A stretch of DNA of 64,000 nt from Gemmatimonadota bacterium (lineage in GTDB: Bacteria > Gemmatimonadota > Gemmatimonadetes > Gemmatimonadales > GWC2-71-9). Position numbers and translations under genes: made by a program. The stretch is from assembly GCA_039586365.1 (NCBI GenBank), contig JBDHKN010000005.1, positions 32,001 through 96,000 on the forward strand, given 5' to 3'. The notes beneath the pieces were generated by a model. It worked only from the letters and a program-made list of their open reading frames with translations, ran no database searches and was not told the origin of the DNA. Shown here piece after piece: positions 19,491-29,659 of the stretch; position 1 is the stretch's first letter, and every line of letters begins with the position of its first letter.

Positions 19491-20738
19491 TCACATTCCG
19501 AACTTTGCTTCGATTCCCTTCTTGTCCAACCCGAGGATCCCGTAGTTGTCGCCAACCTTGTTGAAGGCCTCGAGTGCTCGCTGCAACATCGAGACGTCGT
19601 GGTCAGCCGACAGCTGAGTTCTGATACGGGCCTGCCCCTGGGGCACCACCGGGAAGAAGAACCCTATGACGTATACACCCTCGTCATAGAGGTCTCGGGC
19701 GAAGTCCTGGCTCAGCTTGGCGTTGAACAGCATCACTGGGACGATGGGGCTCTCACCTTGCTTAATCACGAAGCCAGCATCAGTCAGTTCCTTGCGCCAG
19801 AACTTCGTGTTCTCCTCCAATCTGTCGCGACGCTCTGTGCTGCGGTTGACAATCTCGAGGACCTTGAGAGCTCCCGCAACCAGTGGAGGGGCCATGGTAT
19901 TGCTGAACAGGTACGGCCGCGCTCGTTGGCGGCAAAGTTCCACCAATTCTCTGCGCCCCGAGACACACCCACCAGACGCTCCACCCAGAGCCTTGCCGAG
20001 CGTCGTAGTGATCACGTCGATCCTACCCATGACACCGAAGTGCTCCGGGGTGCCACGGCCGGTCTTTCCGATGAAGCCGCTCGCATGACTGTCATCCAAG
20101 AACACCAAGGCGTCATGTTTCTCTGCTAGATCGCAGATCTGATCCAGCGGCGCCAAGTCGCCATCCATACTGAACACTCCGTCGGTCACGATCATCCTCA
20201 CGCGCTTGTCCTGATGTTCCTCCAACTTCTGCTCGAGGTGCTGCATGTTGGAGTGCTTATAGGTATCAGTCAGCGCCTTGCACAGTCGAATCCCATCCAC
20301 AATGCTGGCATGTACCAGACGGTCGGATATGATCACATCTTCCGGGCCCAGTATTGCCTCGAATACACCGGCGTTTGCATCCATACAGCTAGGAAACAGA
20401 ATCGTGTCTTCGGTACCGAGGAACGCCGAAAGCCTCTCCTCAAGTTCCCGATGAATGTCCTGCGTGCCACAAATGAACCTGACACTCGAAAGGCCGTAGC
20501 CGCGTTCCTCTAGCGCCCTGTGTGCTGCCTCTATGACTTCTGTATGAGAGGATAGGCCCAGGTAGTTGTTCGCGCATAGGTTCACGACCGACCTCAGTTC
20601 TGCGCCGGATGGAAATTCCACTCGAATGTTGGCGGACTGAGGCGAGTGAATGAAGCGCTCTTCCTTGTACAGCCCCTGGTCGCGAATGGAGTTCAGCTGA
20701 GCTTCATACGATTCCCTGAGTGAACCTCGATAGGCCAT
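19491..20738 (-). CDS. kbl: Glycine C-acetyltransferase (2-amino-3-ketobutyrate ligase), PLP alpha-oxoamine synthase
   Basis: CANNYLGLS, SSVRFICGTQD, DGVFSMDG, DDSHA, TLGKALGG, RPYLFSN, ARIRTQ. Confidence 0.93.
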   Translation of the reverse strand: MAYRGSLRESYEAQLNSIRDQGLYKEERFIHSPQSANIRVEFPSGAELRSVVNLCANNYLGLSSHTEVIEAAHRALEERGYGLSSVRFICGTQDIHRELEERLSAFLGTEDTILFPSCMDANAGVFEAILGPEDVIISDRLVHASIVDGIRLCKALTDTYKHSNMQHLEQKLEEHQDKRVRMIVTDGVFSMDGDLAPLDQICDLAEKHDALVFLDDSHASGFIGKTGRGTPEHFGVMGRIDVITTTLGKALGGASGGCVSGRRELVELCRQRARPYLFSNTMAPPLVAGALKVLEIVNRSTERRDRLEENTKFWRKELTDAGFVIKQGESPIVPVMLFNAKLSQDFARDLYDEGVYVIGFFFPVVPQGQARIRTQLSADHDVSMLQRALEAFNKVGDNYGILGLDKKGIEAKFGM

Positions 20739-20739
20739 C

Positions 20740-20988
20740 TCACTCCCCTCCCTGGTGTTTCTTCACGACACGGACGATGTTCTTCACGGTGTCAAACGCT
20801 TCAGCAGATGCCTCTTCGTCGGAGATCGAGATATTGTACTTCTTCTCGAGAAATCGCTTCAAGCTAACCATGCTGAAGCTGTCGACTATACCGCTCGATA
20901 TCAGGGGAGTGTTCTCGTCGAGTTCTGTGTCCTCGTCGTCGTCTTCGAGGTATTCGTTGCGAATGTATTCCAAGACCACTGTTTCCAT
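20740..20988 (-). CDS. Acyl carrier protein
   Basis: Small and acidic, GIVDSFSMV phosphopantetheinylation motif, GAGGAGG RBS before ATG 20988. Confidence 0.9.
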   Translation of the reverse strand: METVVLEYIRNEYLEDDDEDTELDENTPLISSGIVDSFSMVSLKRFLEKKYNISISDEEASAEAFDTVKNIVRVVKKHQGGE

Positions 20989-21059
20989 CGGTTCCTCCTC
21001 ATCACATTGAATCAATCAGCGACCGAGGGTCATGCACTACAGACAGCGAAGGGGACATT

Positions 21060-21440
21060 TCACGCTCTCTCCAACACCACTACGGCCCCTGCGTACTCGC
21101 GCTCGTGGCTGAGGCACAGATGGATTCTGCCAACTCCAAGGGCATTTGCCACCCTCTCGGCCTCTCCTCGGAGCCGTAGCCGTGGTGTTCCCCTGCCATC
21201 CCACGCCACCTTGATATCGTGCCACGACAGCCTGCCAAACAGACCCGTTCCGAGAGACTTGGACAACGCTTCCTTGGCCGCAAAGACCGCGGCGTATGAC
21301 GAGAATGGATGTGGTTGCGTTTGGCAGTTGGCAATCTCGTCAGCTGACAAGAACCCCTCCAAGAATCCCTCACCATGGCGAGTGACTCCGTCTCTCATCC
21401 GTGCGATCTCAGCCAAGTCAATCCCAATGCCTACAATCAT
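21060..21440 (-). CDS. acpS: Holo-ACP synthase (AcpS-type PPTase)
   Basis: IVGIGID, FAAKEALSKSLGTG, LSHE motifs. Confidence 0.93.
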   Translation of the reverse strand: MIVGIGIDLAEIARMRDGVTRHGEGFLEGFLSADEIANCQTQPHPFSSYAAVFAAKEALSKSLGTGLFGRLSWHDIKVAWDGRGTPRLRLRGEAERVANALGVGRIHLCLSHEREYAGAVVVLERA

Positions 21441-22041
21441 CTTGCGCGACTCACTCCGACTCGAGCCCCTGAGCGTTCACGGTCGAGCGCAGTCTCTCGG
21501 TCCGAAACTACACGGAAAAGACATATTCTGGCACCACCACAAGCAGCATTTGTAGATGAGATATCGGCGGCTGGCAGGGAGGATGAGACTCCCGATATGA
21601 GTGTGAGGCCTGTCAGCGACCGCCACATAATCCATATATATGGGACCCAGAGGCGGCCCGCTCGGGCCGCTACGTAGAGTGAGCGCTCACATATGGCAGT
21701 CAGAGGCAGAGGCGCGACCGCACAATGTTCCTGACGCGTCTCGATTGAGGTTTGCCATGGCCACATTCCGAAGTCCAACCGCACCTCAAGTAGTTTCGCG
21801 ATTTCAGGACTTAACCCTCACGCTGGCAACACACTACAGCGTACGGCTGTGCCACCATTAGGGGTCGCGTTTTTTGGCTGGAAGTTCTATTTTGGGAGGC
21901 GTTGTTTGTTGGTGCCGCGGGGATGTGACTCGCAGCACTGACGCAGACCGTAACGCTGATAGTGTTATGAAGCGCAGTGCCGAGCCGCACTGCTTATTGA
22001 CGCGGAACACTGGGATCGAGCCACATACGGAGGTTAGGCTG

Positions 22042-22692
22042 ATGCGGAGACTGTCCAGGGGTTTACTAGCTGTCGTGTTACTCGCGCTTGCGAGCGCGCC
22101 GGCCTCCGCCCAAACGGACGCGTGGAAAAACCGATGGTACTGGGGAGCACAGGGCGGGGCATTCATTTTCCAGACCGCCACGGCCGACTTCAAACGTGCG
22201 TTCAGCTACGGAGGGCACTGGCTCATCACGGCAAACCGTGTCGGCCTGCTCCTTAGCTTTGATCAGCTCAGCTTCAGGACCGGTACTACATCGGCGATCT
22301 CGGACTTCTCCGGTGTCCGCACCGTTGCATTCACGGCTGGTCGCGTAATCGGAGGTGAGCTTGTCGCGATGCCGACCATCGGGGACCTCATTTTTATGGG
22401 AGGCTTCGGGGTTAACATCTATCAGATCACCAACGCCGTGGCAGGTGGCTCATTCTCCTCACCCGCTGAGGAGGCATTGGTCGCTCAATTGGTGGAAGAC
22501 GCGGCCAGCAAAGCGATGGCGCGGATAAGTGCGGGTGTCCAGTACAACTACGAGAGGTGGGGTTTTTTTGCCACGTACACCCTCATCACGCAGGCACGTG
22601 ATTTTCTGATCACCTCCGAACAGCATCGGCTAAGTGGCGGGCTGCGCTACGCTATCACCGCTTCCAGCGAGGCCTTCGATACGGCGCGCTGA
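22042..22692 (+). CDS. Small outer-membrane beta-barrel protein
   Basis: GGAGG RBS, signal peptide ending ASA-Q, amphipathic strands, terminal GLRY. Confidence 0.7.
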   Translation: MRRLSRGLLAVVLLALASAPASAQTDAWKNRWYWGAQGGAFIFQTATADFKRAFSYGGHWLITANRVGLLLSFDQLSFRTGTTSAISDFSGVRTVAFTAGRVIGGELVAMPTIGDLIFMGGFGVNIYQITNAVAGGSFSSPAEEALVAQLVEDAASKAMARISAGVQYNYERWGFFATYTLITQARDFLITSEQHRLSGGLRYAITASSEAFDTAR

Positions 22693-22715
22693 GGATCCGG
22701 TCAATCGTACGTCAC

Positions 22716-22750
22716 GGGCGTGGGTGTCATCACCCACGCCCTTCTTTTTT
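22716..22750 (+). terminator. Intrinsic terminator
   Basis: GGGCGTGGGTG-tcat-CACCCACGCCC followed by TTCTTTTTT. Confidence 0.85.
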
Positions 22751-23356
22751 CAACCCCATTCCCGACCGTTCAGGCCGCGAAAGCCAAGGCGAACCCTGCT
22801 GCATGAATCGGAGCAGCCACGTCTCCGCCCGTGACACGCCGATACGCGGTCCGGCCACTACGGGCAGCGACTTCCTGACAGGAGGATGCAAGATCCTGAC
22901 GGGTCCAGTCACTAACGAAGCGCCGTTCAAAGAACCCGTGATACCCAGTGACTTACACAGCCGTGCGGGGCCAGAACAAAGCGCCTTCATGCTGTCCAGA
23001 CCGCGGCGTGCCCGCATCACTCCAATTCCGCACACAGGCTCCAGTGCGCGAATCAGCACTGCAGTGGGATTACCAGCTCGTTCCGTTACCGCATTCAAGC
23101 ACCAGTGCATCCCGTATATGAAATAGACGTAGGAAACGCCTGGTGACCCGAACAGCACCGCGTTGCGCGCAGTCCTCTTGTTTCCGTACCCGTGATCAGC
23201 GGGATCCTCGGCACCAACATATGCCTCCACTTCCACTATGCGTCCGCCCGTGCGGTGTCCCTCTACATGGCTTTCCAGGACACATCCTAACAAATCGCGC
23301 GCGACACTCACGGTGTCGCGCGCGTAGAAGTCGAGCGGGAGCGGCTCTCCGCTCAT
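22730..23356 (-). CDS. mpg: DNA-3-methyladenine glycosylase (MPG/AAG family)
   Basis: VARDLLG, RIVEVEAY, YVYFIYGMHWCLN, AVLIRALEP, GPARLC, PRIGV. Confidence 0.93.
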   Translation of the reverse strand: MSGEPLPLDFYARDTVSVARDLLGCVLESHVEGHRTGGRIVEVEAYVGAEDPADHGYGNKRTARNAVLFGSPGVSYVYFIYGMHWCLNAVTERAGNPTAVLIRALEPVCGIGVMRARRGLDSMKALCSGPARLCKSLGITGSLNGASLVTGPVRILHPPVRKSLPVVAGPRIGVSRAETWLLRFMQQGSPWLSRPERSGMGLKKEGRG

Positions 23357-23368
23357 TCAACGAACCTA

Positions 23369-25507
23369 CTACCTGTCTGAGTCCTCATCCTCCCCAGGCT
23401 CTGACCCTTGCATGGCACGTTGCAGCGCCGTGGTGATCCTCTTGAGGAAACCACGCCCCTCTGCAGACGACCCATCGGACATTGCGTCTCCGGACGACGC
23501 ACTCGGTGGAACGGCAGCACCAAGGGGCGGGCTGGGAGCAACTGTCGCAGTAGGTGACCCGTGCTCTAGGGGCTGACTGGGCATTTGCTCCTGCACGGGC
23601 TCCGGCCTGGGAGAGCCAGTATCGGTTGTCCTCCTACCCCTACTTCCCTTTCGAACGCCCAACGTACGGCCCTTCGCCTCCTGTCGAGTGACCGCGGACG
23701 CAGTGGAAAGGGTGACCGAGGGAACGTCCTGCTTGTCATCTTGCGTCTCAGCAACGGGAGGCCGTGGTGCCGCACCGCGGGATCCCCGTCGGAATCGTGG
23801 GTTGCGCCTTGGAGTCGTGCCCACTTCAGTTGACGCCACGACGCTGGCTGTTGAATCATGCTGCGACCCGGATTGACGAGGTGACGGCTCGGCGAGCTCG
23901 CCATTCTTGGCAGAGGTCCGCGCCTTTGATCTAGGCGAACGTTTGGTTGCAGTCCTCGGTCGCCGAGTTGAGCGCTTGGCCGGGCTGGGCGCCTCATCAG
24001 CAACCGACTTCCCTGTGGCAGCACCCTCATGTGACGCGAGCTCGGCTGCACCTTCGTCACCCTTAGGTTCGTCCTTGGAAACCCGCAGCCCAGTGGTTCG
24101 TGGGACTGTCTTGCGGCGTGGTGGTTTCGCAGCCTCTTCACCCTGTTTCTCCGATTTCACCGCCACCTCACCCCCGGCTACAGCTTCACCGCTTTCAGGC
24201 GCATCCTTCTTCTTGGCCCTCGATTTGGCGGATTTACGAGTTGTAGCACGAGCCCGGCGTGCCGGTTTCTTCGTTTCCACAATTTCAGTGACTGGTTCCT
24301 GCGACTCCGACTCCGCAACCACGTCGACTGCATCAGTGCCCGGCTCGGGAACACCCACTGCCTCGGCTACAGGAGCCAACCTCAGCTGGTAACCCTCGTC
24401 GTCCCTCTTGATAAGATCAATAATCCCGGCATCATGGGCCTGTCGCAGCATTCGCAAAAAACGCTTTGGCTCAAAAGCTGGTTCCGCCTTGTTGCCTGAC
24501 AGCTCCGTCAACTTGTCCCGAGCCCGATCAGCGTCGGTAGACTCAGCGCCCACTGCACCGAGCGCCACCAATGTTTGACGTAGCAGCTCGAAGCTCTCGC
24601 TCAGGGTGAGACTGGGTGCAGCAGCTGCTTCCGCTGCTCTGCGAGGACCCCGCAGTCGGGACTTGTCATCACTGGCTCTGTCACCGCCGACTTGTGGCAC
24701 TGACACCGGCTCTTGGGCGTGTGGCACGTTGGCGTTGGCGCCAATCTCAATGGCGTATTGGCCGTTATCCATCTTGGCCAGCTTGACCAAGCCACGCTGA
24801 CCCGCCGCCACAACGAACTTGCTAAACCTATTGTACCCCGCATCACGTTCGTCGAAGTTGGGATCCAGCGTTTGCATAACCTGTTTGAGACGGTCTGACC
24901 GCATCACGTCGCCGTCTCTCTGCATCCGCTGTACCGCTTCAACGACGAGTTGCCAGGGGTCTTTGCGAACGTGCTCGACCTCACGTTCCTTAGCCAATCC
25001 CGTCAATTCGTTGTAACTGTAGTACTCGTCGCAGTTCTGCACGAGCAGGTCGCTTGCAGACTCTCGTATTCCGACGCCGATTACGAACTTGCCGTATTCC
25101 TTCAGCTTCAGAACCAATGCCGAGAAGTCGGAGTCTCCTGACAGCAGGATGAAGGTGCCGATCTCGGGACGGATGAAGACAAGCTCGAGCGCATCAATAG
25201 CCAGCCGGATATCGGTTGCGTTCTTCTTGTTCGCACCGAATGCCGGCGCGAAGATGAGATCAATGGAAGCTTCGGATAGCGGGACTATGTACTGAGGGTA
25301 GCGCCGCCAGTCAGCATACGCTCGCTGGACCGAAACTTTGCCCTTGATGATGTCTGAATTTAGTAGTTTGCGAAGCTGATTCTGAAGATCCGAGCGGATC
25401 CCCAGCGTCACATTATCAAAATCGATCAGCAGCGCAGCATTGGGAGCATCGCCCAATGACTCCGACCGGGCGGATCGCTGCGACCGCCCGACTATGGTTT
25501 CTCTCAC
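23369..25507 (-). CDS. NYN-domain ribonuclease with LOTUS/OST-HTH domains and a long low-complexity tail
   Basis: [35 protein letters not shown]-like [17 protein letters not shown]; the C-terminal ~300 aa are rich in R/K/S/P/A/E. Confidence 0.88.
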   Translation of the reverse strand: MRETIVGRSQRSARSESLGDAPNAALLIDFDNVTLGIRSDLQNQLRKLLNSDIIKGKVSVQRAYADWRRYPQYIVPLSEASIDLIFAPAFGANKKNATDIRLAIDALELVFIRPEIGTFILLSGDSDFSALVLKLKEYGKFVIGVGIRESASDLLVQNCDEYYSYNELTGLAKEREVEHVRKDPWQLVVEAVQRMQRDGDVMRSDRLKQVMQTLDPNFDERDAGYNRFSKFVVAAGQRGLVKLAKMDNGQYAIEIGANANVPHAQEPVSVPQVGGDRASDDKSRLRGPRRAAEAAAAPSLTLSESFELLRQTLVALGAVGAESTDADRARDKLTELSGNKAEPAFEPKRFLRMLRQAHDAGIIDLIKRDDEGYQLRLAPVAEAVGVPEPGTDAVDVVAESESQEPVTEIVETKKPARRARATTRKSAKSRAKKKDAPESGEAVAGGEVAVKSEKQGEEAAKPPRRKTVPRTTGLRVSKDEPKGDEGAAELASHEGAATGKSVADEAPSPAKRSTRRPRTATKRSPRSKARTSAKNGELAEPSPRQSGSQHDSTASVVASTEVGTTPRRNPRFRRGSRGAAPRPPVAETQDDKQDVPSVTLSTASAVTRQEAKGRTLGVRKGSRGRRTTDTGSPRPEPVQEQMPSQPLEHGSPTATVAPSPPLGAAVPPSASSGDAMSDGSSAEGRGFLKRITTALQRAMQGSEPGEDEDSDR

Positions 25508-27111
25508 GTGGCACTCAGTTCCAGCCCGACAACCTGCGTCAGCTCTCTTCGCTTCACCTTCCCGCTCCCGGTAAGAGGGAAAGTGTCGAAGAAGCGAACC
25601 AGGTCCGGTACCTTGTAGTCAGCCACCTGATCACGGACAAAATCTCTCAATTCGTCTCCCGTGATGATGGCACCTTCCACCGGTATGACACACGCGCATG
25701 CTAACTCACCGAGAATCTCGTTCGGCACACCAACCACACATGCATCATCGACCGCTGGGTGCGTGCGGAGGACATCCTCCAGCTCGCGCGGAAAGATCTT
25801 GTAGCCGCCACGAATGATCATAGCACTGCGGCGGCCCACAATCGTCACGTACCCACGCTCATCCACAATCGCCAGGTCTCCCGTCAGGAAGAAGCCATCC
25901 TCCGTGAACGATCGTTTGGTCTCCGTCGGCATGCGGTAATATCCCGCCATGACGTTGGGACCCTTGACTGCCAGTTCGCCCACGGCTTCTGGACCGTGCA
26001 GTTCACCCGTCCTGACATCCACCACCTTCACTTGAACTCCATCCAGGGGCCGCCCAACGGTATGTGTGCGCGAGTCTGGTGGGTCGTCATCGCGCGTGAT
26101 GGTCACCGTTGATGCAGCCTCTGTTAGCCCGTAGGCGATCTGAATGTTGCACCACCGTCTGAGCCTTTGTACCAGGTTATCGGATACCGGGCTTCCGGCC
26201 ACGATACCGGTTCTCACGGTGGTGAGCTTGCGGCCCCTGAATGCTGGATCGCGCATCAGAAGCTCGAACATGGTGGGCACTCCGGGGCAGACCGTTATCC
26301 CCTCGGATTCGATGAGGTTGAGAGTCGCAGCGGGGTCAAAACGATCCTGCAGGACGATTGTACCACCCCGCAAGAGCGTTGCAATACCCATGTGCGCCCC
26401 GAACGCTGTGAACAGCGGCACCGACAGCAGGACCCGGTCAGACTCCGACAACTTCAACACATCGCCGGTTCCCTGCGTCGTCGCCGTCAGATTCCGGTGC
26501 GTGAGAACAACCCCCTTAGGCTTGCCCATCGTACCGGACGTGTAGATAATCGCAAGCGTCGCAGACTCCGGATCCAGTGCTGCGGGCTTGGCGTCAACTC
26601 GCCGCCCTCGCCTTAGCAGGTTGCTGAACCGAAACACCCTGTCGTCATACCAGAAATCCTCCTGACCGGCCAAGACCAGGTACTGCAGATCCGGCAACTC
26701 GGTGATCAGCTCGTCGAAAACCTCGAGATAATCCATTTCACCCAGAGACTCCACTGCCACGGCCAGACTGGCCTCAGCGTGTCGCAGCTGATACTTGAGA
26801 TCGCGGTAGCCTAGGGAAGGGTTCAGCGGAACGAGAACTGCACCCAGCCTTGCCGCTGCCAGCATGGTGATTATCCACTCTGGCCGGTTGGGAAGATCGA
26901 CGGCGATACGGTCGCCCGCCTCGATCCCTAGATCCAGGAACGACGCAGCCAACGCCGTGGAGTCAGCATTGACCTGATCATACGTCAGTTTGCGTGATCC
27001 GAGGACCAAGCACTCGCGGTCGGGGTGCTGTTGCGCCCGCTGGGCAAACAGATCCGCCAGGGCGTGCGTCGTCAAATAGACCCTCTCTCCTACACGTCGA
27101 GAATCATTCAA
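25504..27111 (-). CDS. AMP-dependent acyl-CoA synthetase (long-chain type)
   Basis: [35 protein letters not shown]. Confidence 0.9.
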   Translation of the reverse strand: MNDSRRVGERVYLTTHALADLFAQRAQQHPDRECLVLGSRKLTYDQVNADSTALAASFLDLGIEAGDRIAVDLPNRPEWIITMLAAARLGAVLVPLNPSLGYRDLKYQLRHAEASLAVAVESLGEMDYLEVFDELITELPDLQYLVLAGQEDFWYDDRVFRFSNLLRRGRRVDAKPAALDPESATLAIIYTSGTMGKPKGVVLTHRNLTATTQGTGDVLKLSESDRVLLSVPLFTAFGAHMGIATLLRGGTIVLQDRFDPAATLNLIESEGITVCPGVPTMFELLMRDPAFRGRKLTTVRTGIVAGSPVSDNLVQRLRRWCNIQIAYGLTEAASTVTITRDDDPPDSRTHTVGRPLDGVQVKVVDVRTGELHGPEAVGELAVKGPNVMAGYYRMPTETKRSFTEDGFFLTGDLAIVDERGYVTIVGRRSAMIIRGGYKIFPRELEDVLRTHPAVDDACVVGVPNEILGELACACVIPVEGAIITGDELRDFVRDQVADYKVPDLVRFFDTFPLTGSGKVKRRELTQVVGLELSAT

Positions 27112-27237
27112 GATACCGACTGTGCGGTCGGGCTACAACCGACGAAGCCGCCAATGATACAGAGTGGCAGGAGTGGCGGTGGGGAGGGGGGCGCCAGAAC
27201 GGCCGGCCGATGTTGCTGCCAACCCGGTCCCTCTCAC

Positions 27238-27657
27238 TTACTCTCCTAGTACCTTCACAATCACCCGTTTGCGTCGCTTGCCGTCCCACTCACCATAGAA
27301 GATCCGCTGCCACGGCCCCAGATCCAAATCACCTTCCGTTATGGGCACAATTGCTTCATGACCGATGGTCAGACTTCGCAGGTGTGCCGCACCGTTATCC
27401 TCCCCAGTCATGTTGTGGCGGTACCGCTTGGGATCCCATGGAGCCACCGTTTCCTCCAGCCATTTCAGGATGTCCTGCCACAGACCGGATTCATGGTCGT
27501 TGACGAAGACTGAGGCGGTGATGTGCATTGCAGAGACCAAGACAAAGCCTTCCCCAACACCGCTCTCCCTAACCTGCTCGGCGACTTCATCCGTGATGTC
27601 GACGAGCTCCTGACGGTTCTTGGTGTTGAACCACAAGTAGTGAGTGTGGGACTTCAT
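27238..27657 (-). CDS. yjbQ: YjbQ/UPF0047 protein
   Basis: [44 protein letters not shown]. Confidence 0.9.
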   Translation of the reverse strand: MKSHTHYLWFNTKNRQELVDITDEVAEQVRESGVGEGFVLVSAMHITASVFVNDHESGLWQDILKWLEETVAPWDPKRYRHNMTGEDNGAAHLRSLTIGHEAIVPITEGDLDLGPWQRIFYGEWDGKRRKRVIVKVLGE

Positions 27658-27782
27658 ATGGCCTCCGACGGCCACGGTTGGTATGAATAGAGACGGAAGG
27701 GGAGACAGGATCAGCGGTTACATCGATCTTCGTCCGTCTTCCTCCTTTCCCCGCTCTTCAGCCTCGCATGTCGCCGCTTCGA

Positions 27783-28334
27783 TCAGGCCCTCGCCAACTC
27801 ATGTAGAGTACCGGCCCCATAGAACATGCGTATGTACTTTGCCTGCACAGGTGTCAACTTGCGGACGGCCCAAGTTAGGTATACGAAGTGAGGCTCCACA
27901 GGCCGCTTGAGAGGATGCATCCCGCACTGCTCCGGCAGTCGGTTGCCCTTTCTCGTGTTGCAGGTGGAACAGGCCGTCATGACATTGGTCCAATCGTTCG
28001 TGCCGCCGCGCGACAACGGGACCAGATGGTCGCGCGTGAGACATTCACGGAACTTGAACTCGCTCTGGCTGCGACCACAATATTGGCAGGTGTAGTTATC
28101 TCGAGCGAACAAGAACGTGTTGGTCACCTGGCGGCGGAACTTGCGGGGCACGTGAATGAACCTGACGAGCCGAATAACGGTGGGTTTTGGCACCGACAGT
28201 CTAGCGCTGCGGATAAACCGTTTGCCATCTGACTCGACGATCTCTGCCTTCCCGTCCAGGACCAGCCGCAGCGCCCGCCGGACCGGCACGAGTGTCAAGG
28301 GTTCAAATGACGCGTTGAGGGCTAGGCAGCGCAC
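27783..28334 (-). CDS. HNH endonuclease (McrA-like)
   Basis: LALNASFEPL N-terminus, RDNYTCQYC, DHLVPLSRGG...WTNVMTACSTCNTRKGN. Start placed at GTG 28334. Confidence 0.9.
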   Translation of the reverse strand: MRCLALNASFEPLTLVPVRRALRLVLDGKAEIVESDGKRFIRSARLSVPKPTVIRLVRFIHVPRKFRRQVTNTFLFARDNYTCQYCGRSQSEFKFRECLTRDHLVPLSRGGTNDWTNVMTACSTCNTRKGNRLPEQCGMHPLKRPVEPHFVYLTWAVRKLTPVQAKYIRMFYGAGTLHELARA

Positions 28335-28687
28335 TATGGCCCCCGGTTCAAGTACACAACAGCCCGTGGCTCCACGGGAGAGCCCCCGGGTCAGCACAGC
28401 GTTGCCTAATTGTACCGAACGCTGTAAGACGCTGCAATAGGGGAGCTTGTGGAACACATGACTGTTACGATCGGTAACCAGGCGAGGCTCGCGAGCCCAA
28501 ATCGAGGGGCACATCGCAGGCCACATGACTTCGGAGGGCCTGACCTCGGGGGCCAAAAAGATCCCAGTAGCAGGGTTCGAGCCGAGCCGGCGTCCAGCTC
28601 AGAAAGGCCAGCCGAATTCGCGGAGTTCCCGCTGATCACGACGACTGAACCTACCGCGATTTTGGCACCCTGCAAGATGGCTGACTG

Positions 28688-29656
28688 GTGAGGAAGCCAG
28701 TAGTCGTTTGGCTGATCCTGTCCCTGATTTGGGGCTCCACCTGGCTCTTCATCAAAGTCGGCCTGGAAGACCTCGAGCCATTTACGTTTGCGGCGTTCCG
28801 ATTCCTAGTCGCGATCCTAGCGCTGTTGCCCGTTGTGATCGTCCGACGAGTCCAGCTTCCCCAGGACGCAGCCGACTGGTGGCTCATGATCGTCTCAGGT
28901 CTCCTGACGTTCACTGTGACTTACGGGTTGGTGTTCTGGGGCGAGCAGCACATCTCTTCCGGCCTTGCAGCACTACTCTTCGGCACCTTTCCGCTCTTCG
29001 GCCTCCTCATAGCACACGTCAATCTGCCTAGTGAGCGAATGACTCTGACCAAAGTGCTGGGGGTCGTGTTAGGTATTGGTGGTATCGGCCTCGTCTTCTC
29101 CAACGAACTCTCGGTTACCGGAACAGTCGCGTTATGGGGCAGCATTGCCATCGTGGTGGCGGCGGCATGCTCAGCCTACGCCGACGTGTTGATAAAGCTC
29201 AGAGGCGGGCATCTCGATTCCTCGCTGCTCACACTGGTGCAGATGATCGCCGGCGTGATCCCGCTGATACTGATCGGCACGGTAGTAGAAGGGGATCCCC
29301 GTGATTTCACTTGGACTCCCCTGGCAGTCTTCTCCATCTTCTACCTCGGTGTGATCGGATCCGCGCTGGCCTTCGTGCTGTTCTATTGGCTCATCAAACA
29401 CATGGAAGTCACCAAGACCATGCTGCTCACGCTGGTCACACCGCTAGTCGCGGTCTCGTTGGGCGTCGTGTTGCTCGACGAGCCACTTACTTGGCGCACG
29501 ACAGCGGGCGGCACGGCAATTCTCGCAGGGCTGGCGCTCACGGTCTGGCAGGGGACAGTTGAGCTGAGAAATCGGGCCGCGTTCCTGTTCGCAAAGAAGC
29601 CGCGGGCCGTGCAACCAAGCGACGGCCCGCGGGACACAGCTTCCGGTGAGGGCTGA
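28688..29656 (+). CDS. EamA/DMT family transporter
   Basis: IWGSTWLFIK start, about 10 TM segments in two EamA repeats. Confidence 0.92.
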   Translation: MRKPVVVWLILSLIWGSTWLFIKVGLEDLEPFTFAAFRFLVAILALLPVVIVRRVQLPQDAADWWLMIVSGLLTFTVTYGLVFWGEQHISSGLAALLFGTFPLFGLLIAHVNLPSERMTLTKVLGVVLGIGGIGLVFSNELSVTGTVALWGSIAIVVAAACSAYADVLIKLRGGHLDSSLLTLVQMIAGVIPLILIGTVVEGDPRDFTWTPLAVFSIFYLGVIGSALAFVLFYWLIKHMEVTKTMLLTLVTPLVAVSLGVVLLDEPLTWRTTAGGTAILAGLALTVWQGTVELRNRAAFLFAKKPRAVQPSDGPRDTASGEG

Positions 29657-29659
29657 TCC

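Noticed and set aside
15411..21440. Sphingolipid (Spt-ACP-acyl-ACP synthetase) cluster
   Set aside because: The PLP enzyme has the Kbl signature (SSVRFICGTQD, RPYLFSN) and the ligase has an acetate-sized pocket. No ceramide synthase- or reductase-like neighbours are present.
21437..21784. ORF or SAM riboswitch upstream of acpS
   Set aside because: The translation has no recognisable features, and the SAM-I core elements are not found in the right order.
27783..28680. HNH gene as an RNA-guided or mobile system (IscB/HEARO-like)
   Set aside because: It has no RuvC motifs or PLMP start, and I recognised no repeats, terminal inverted repeats or convincing structured RNA upstream. It looks like an ordinary McrA-like HNH.
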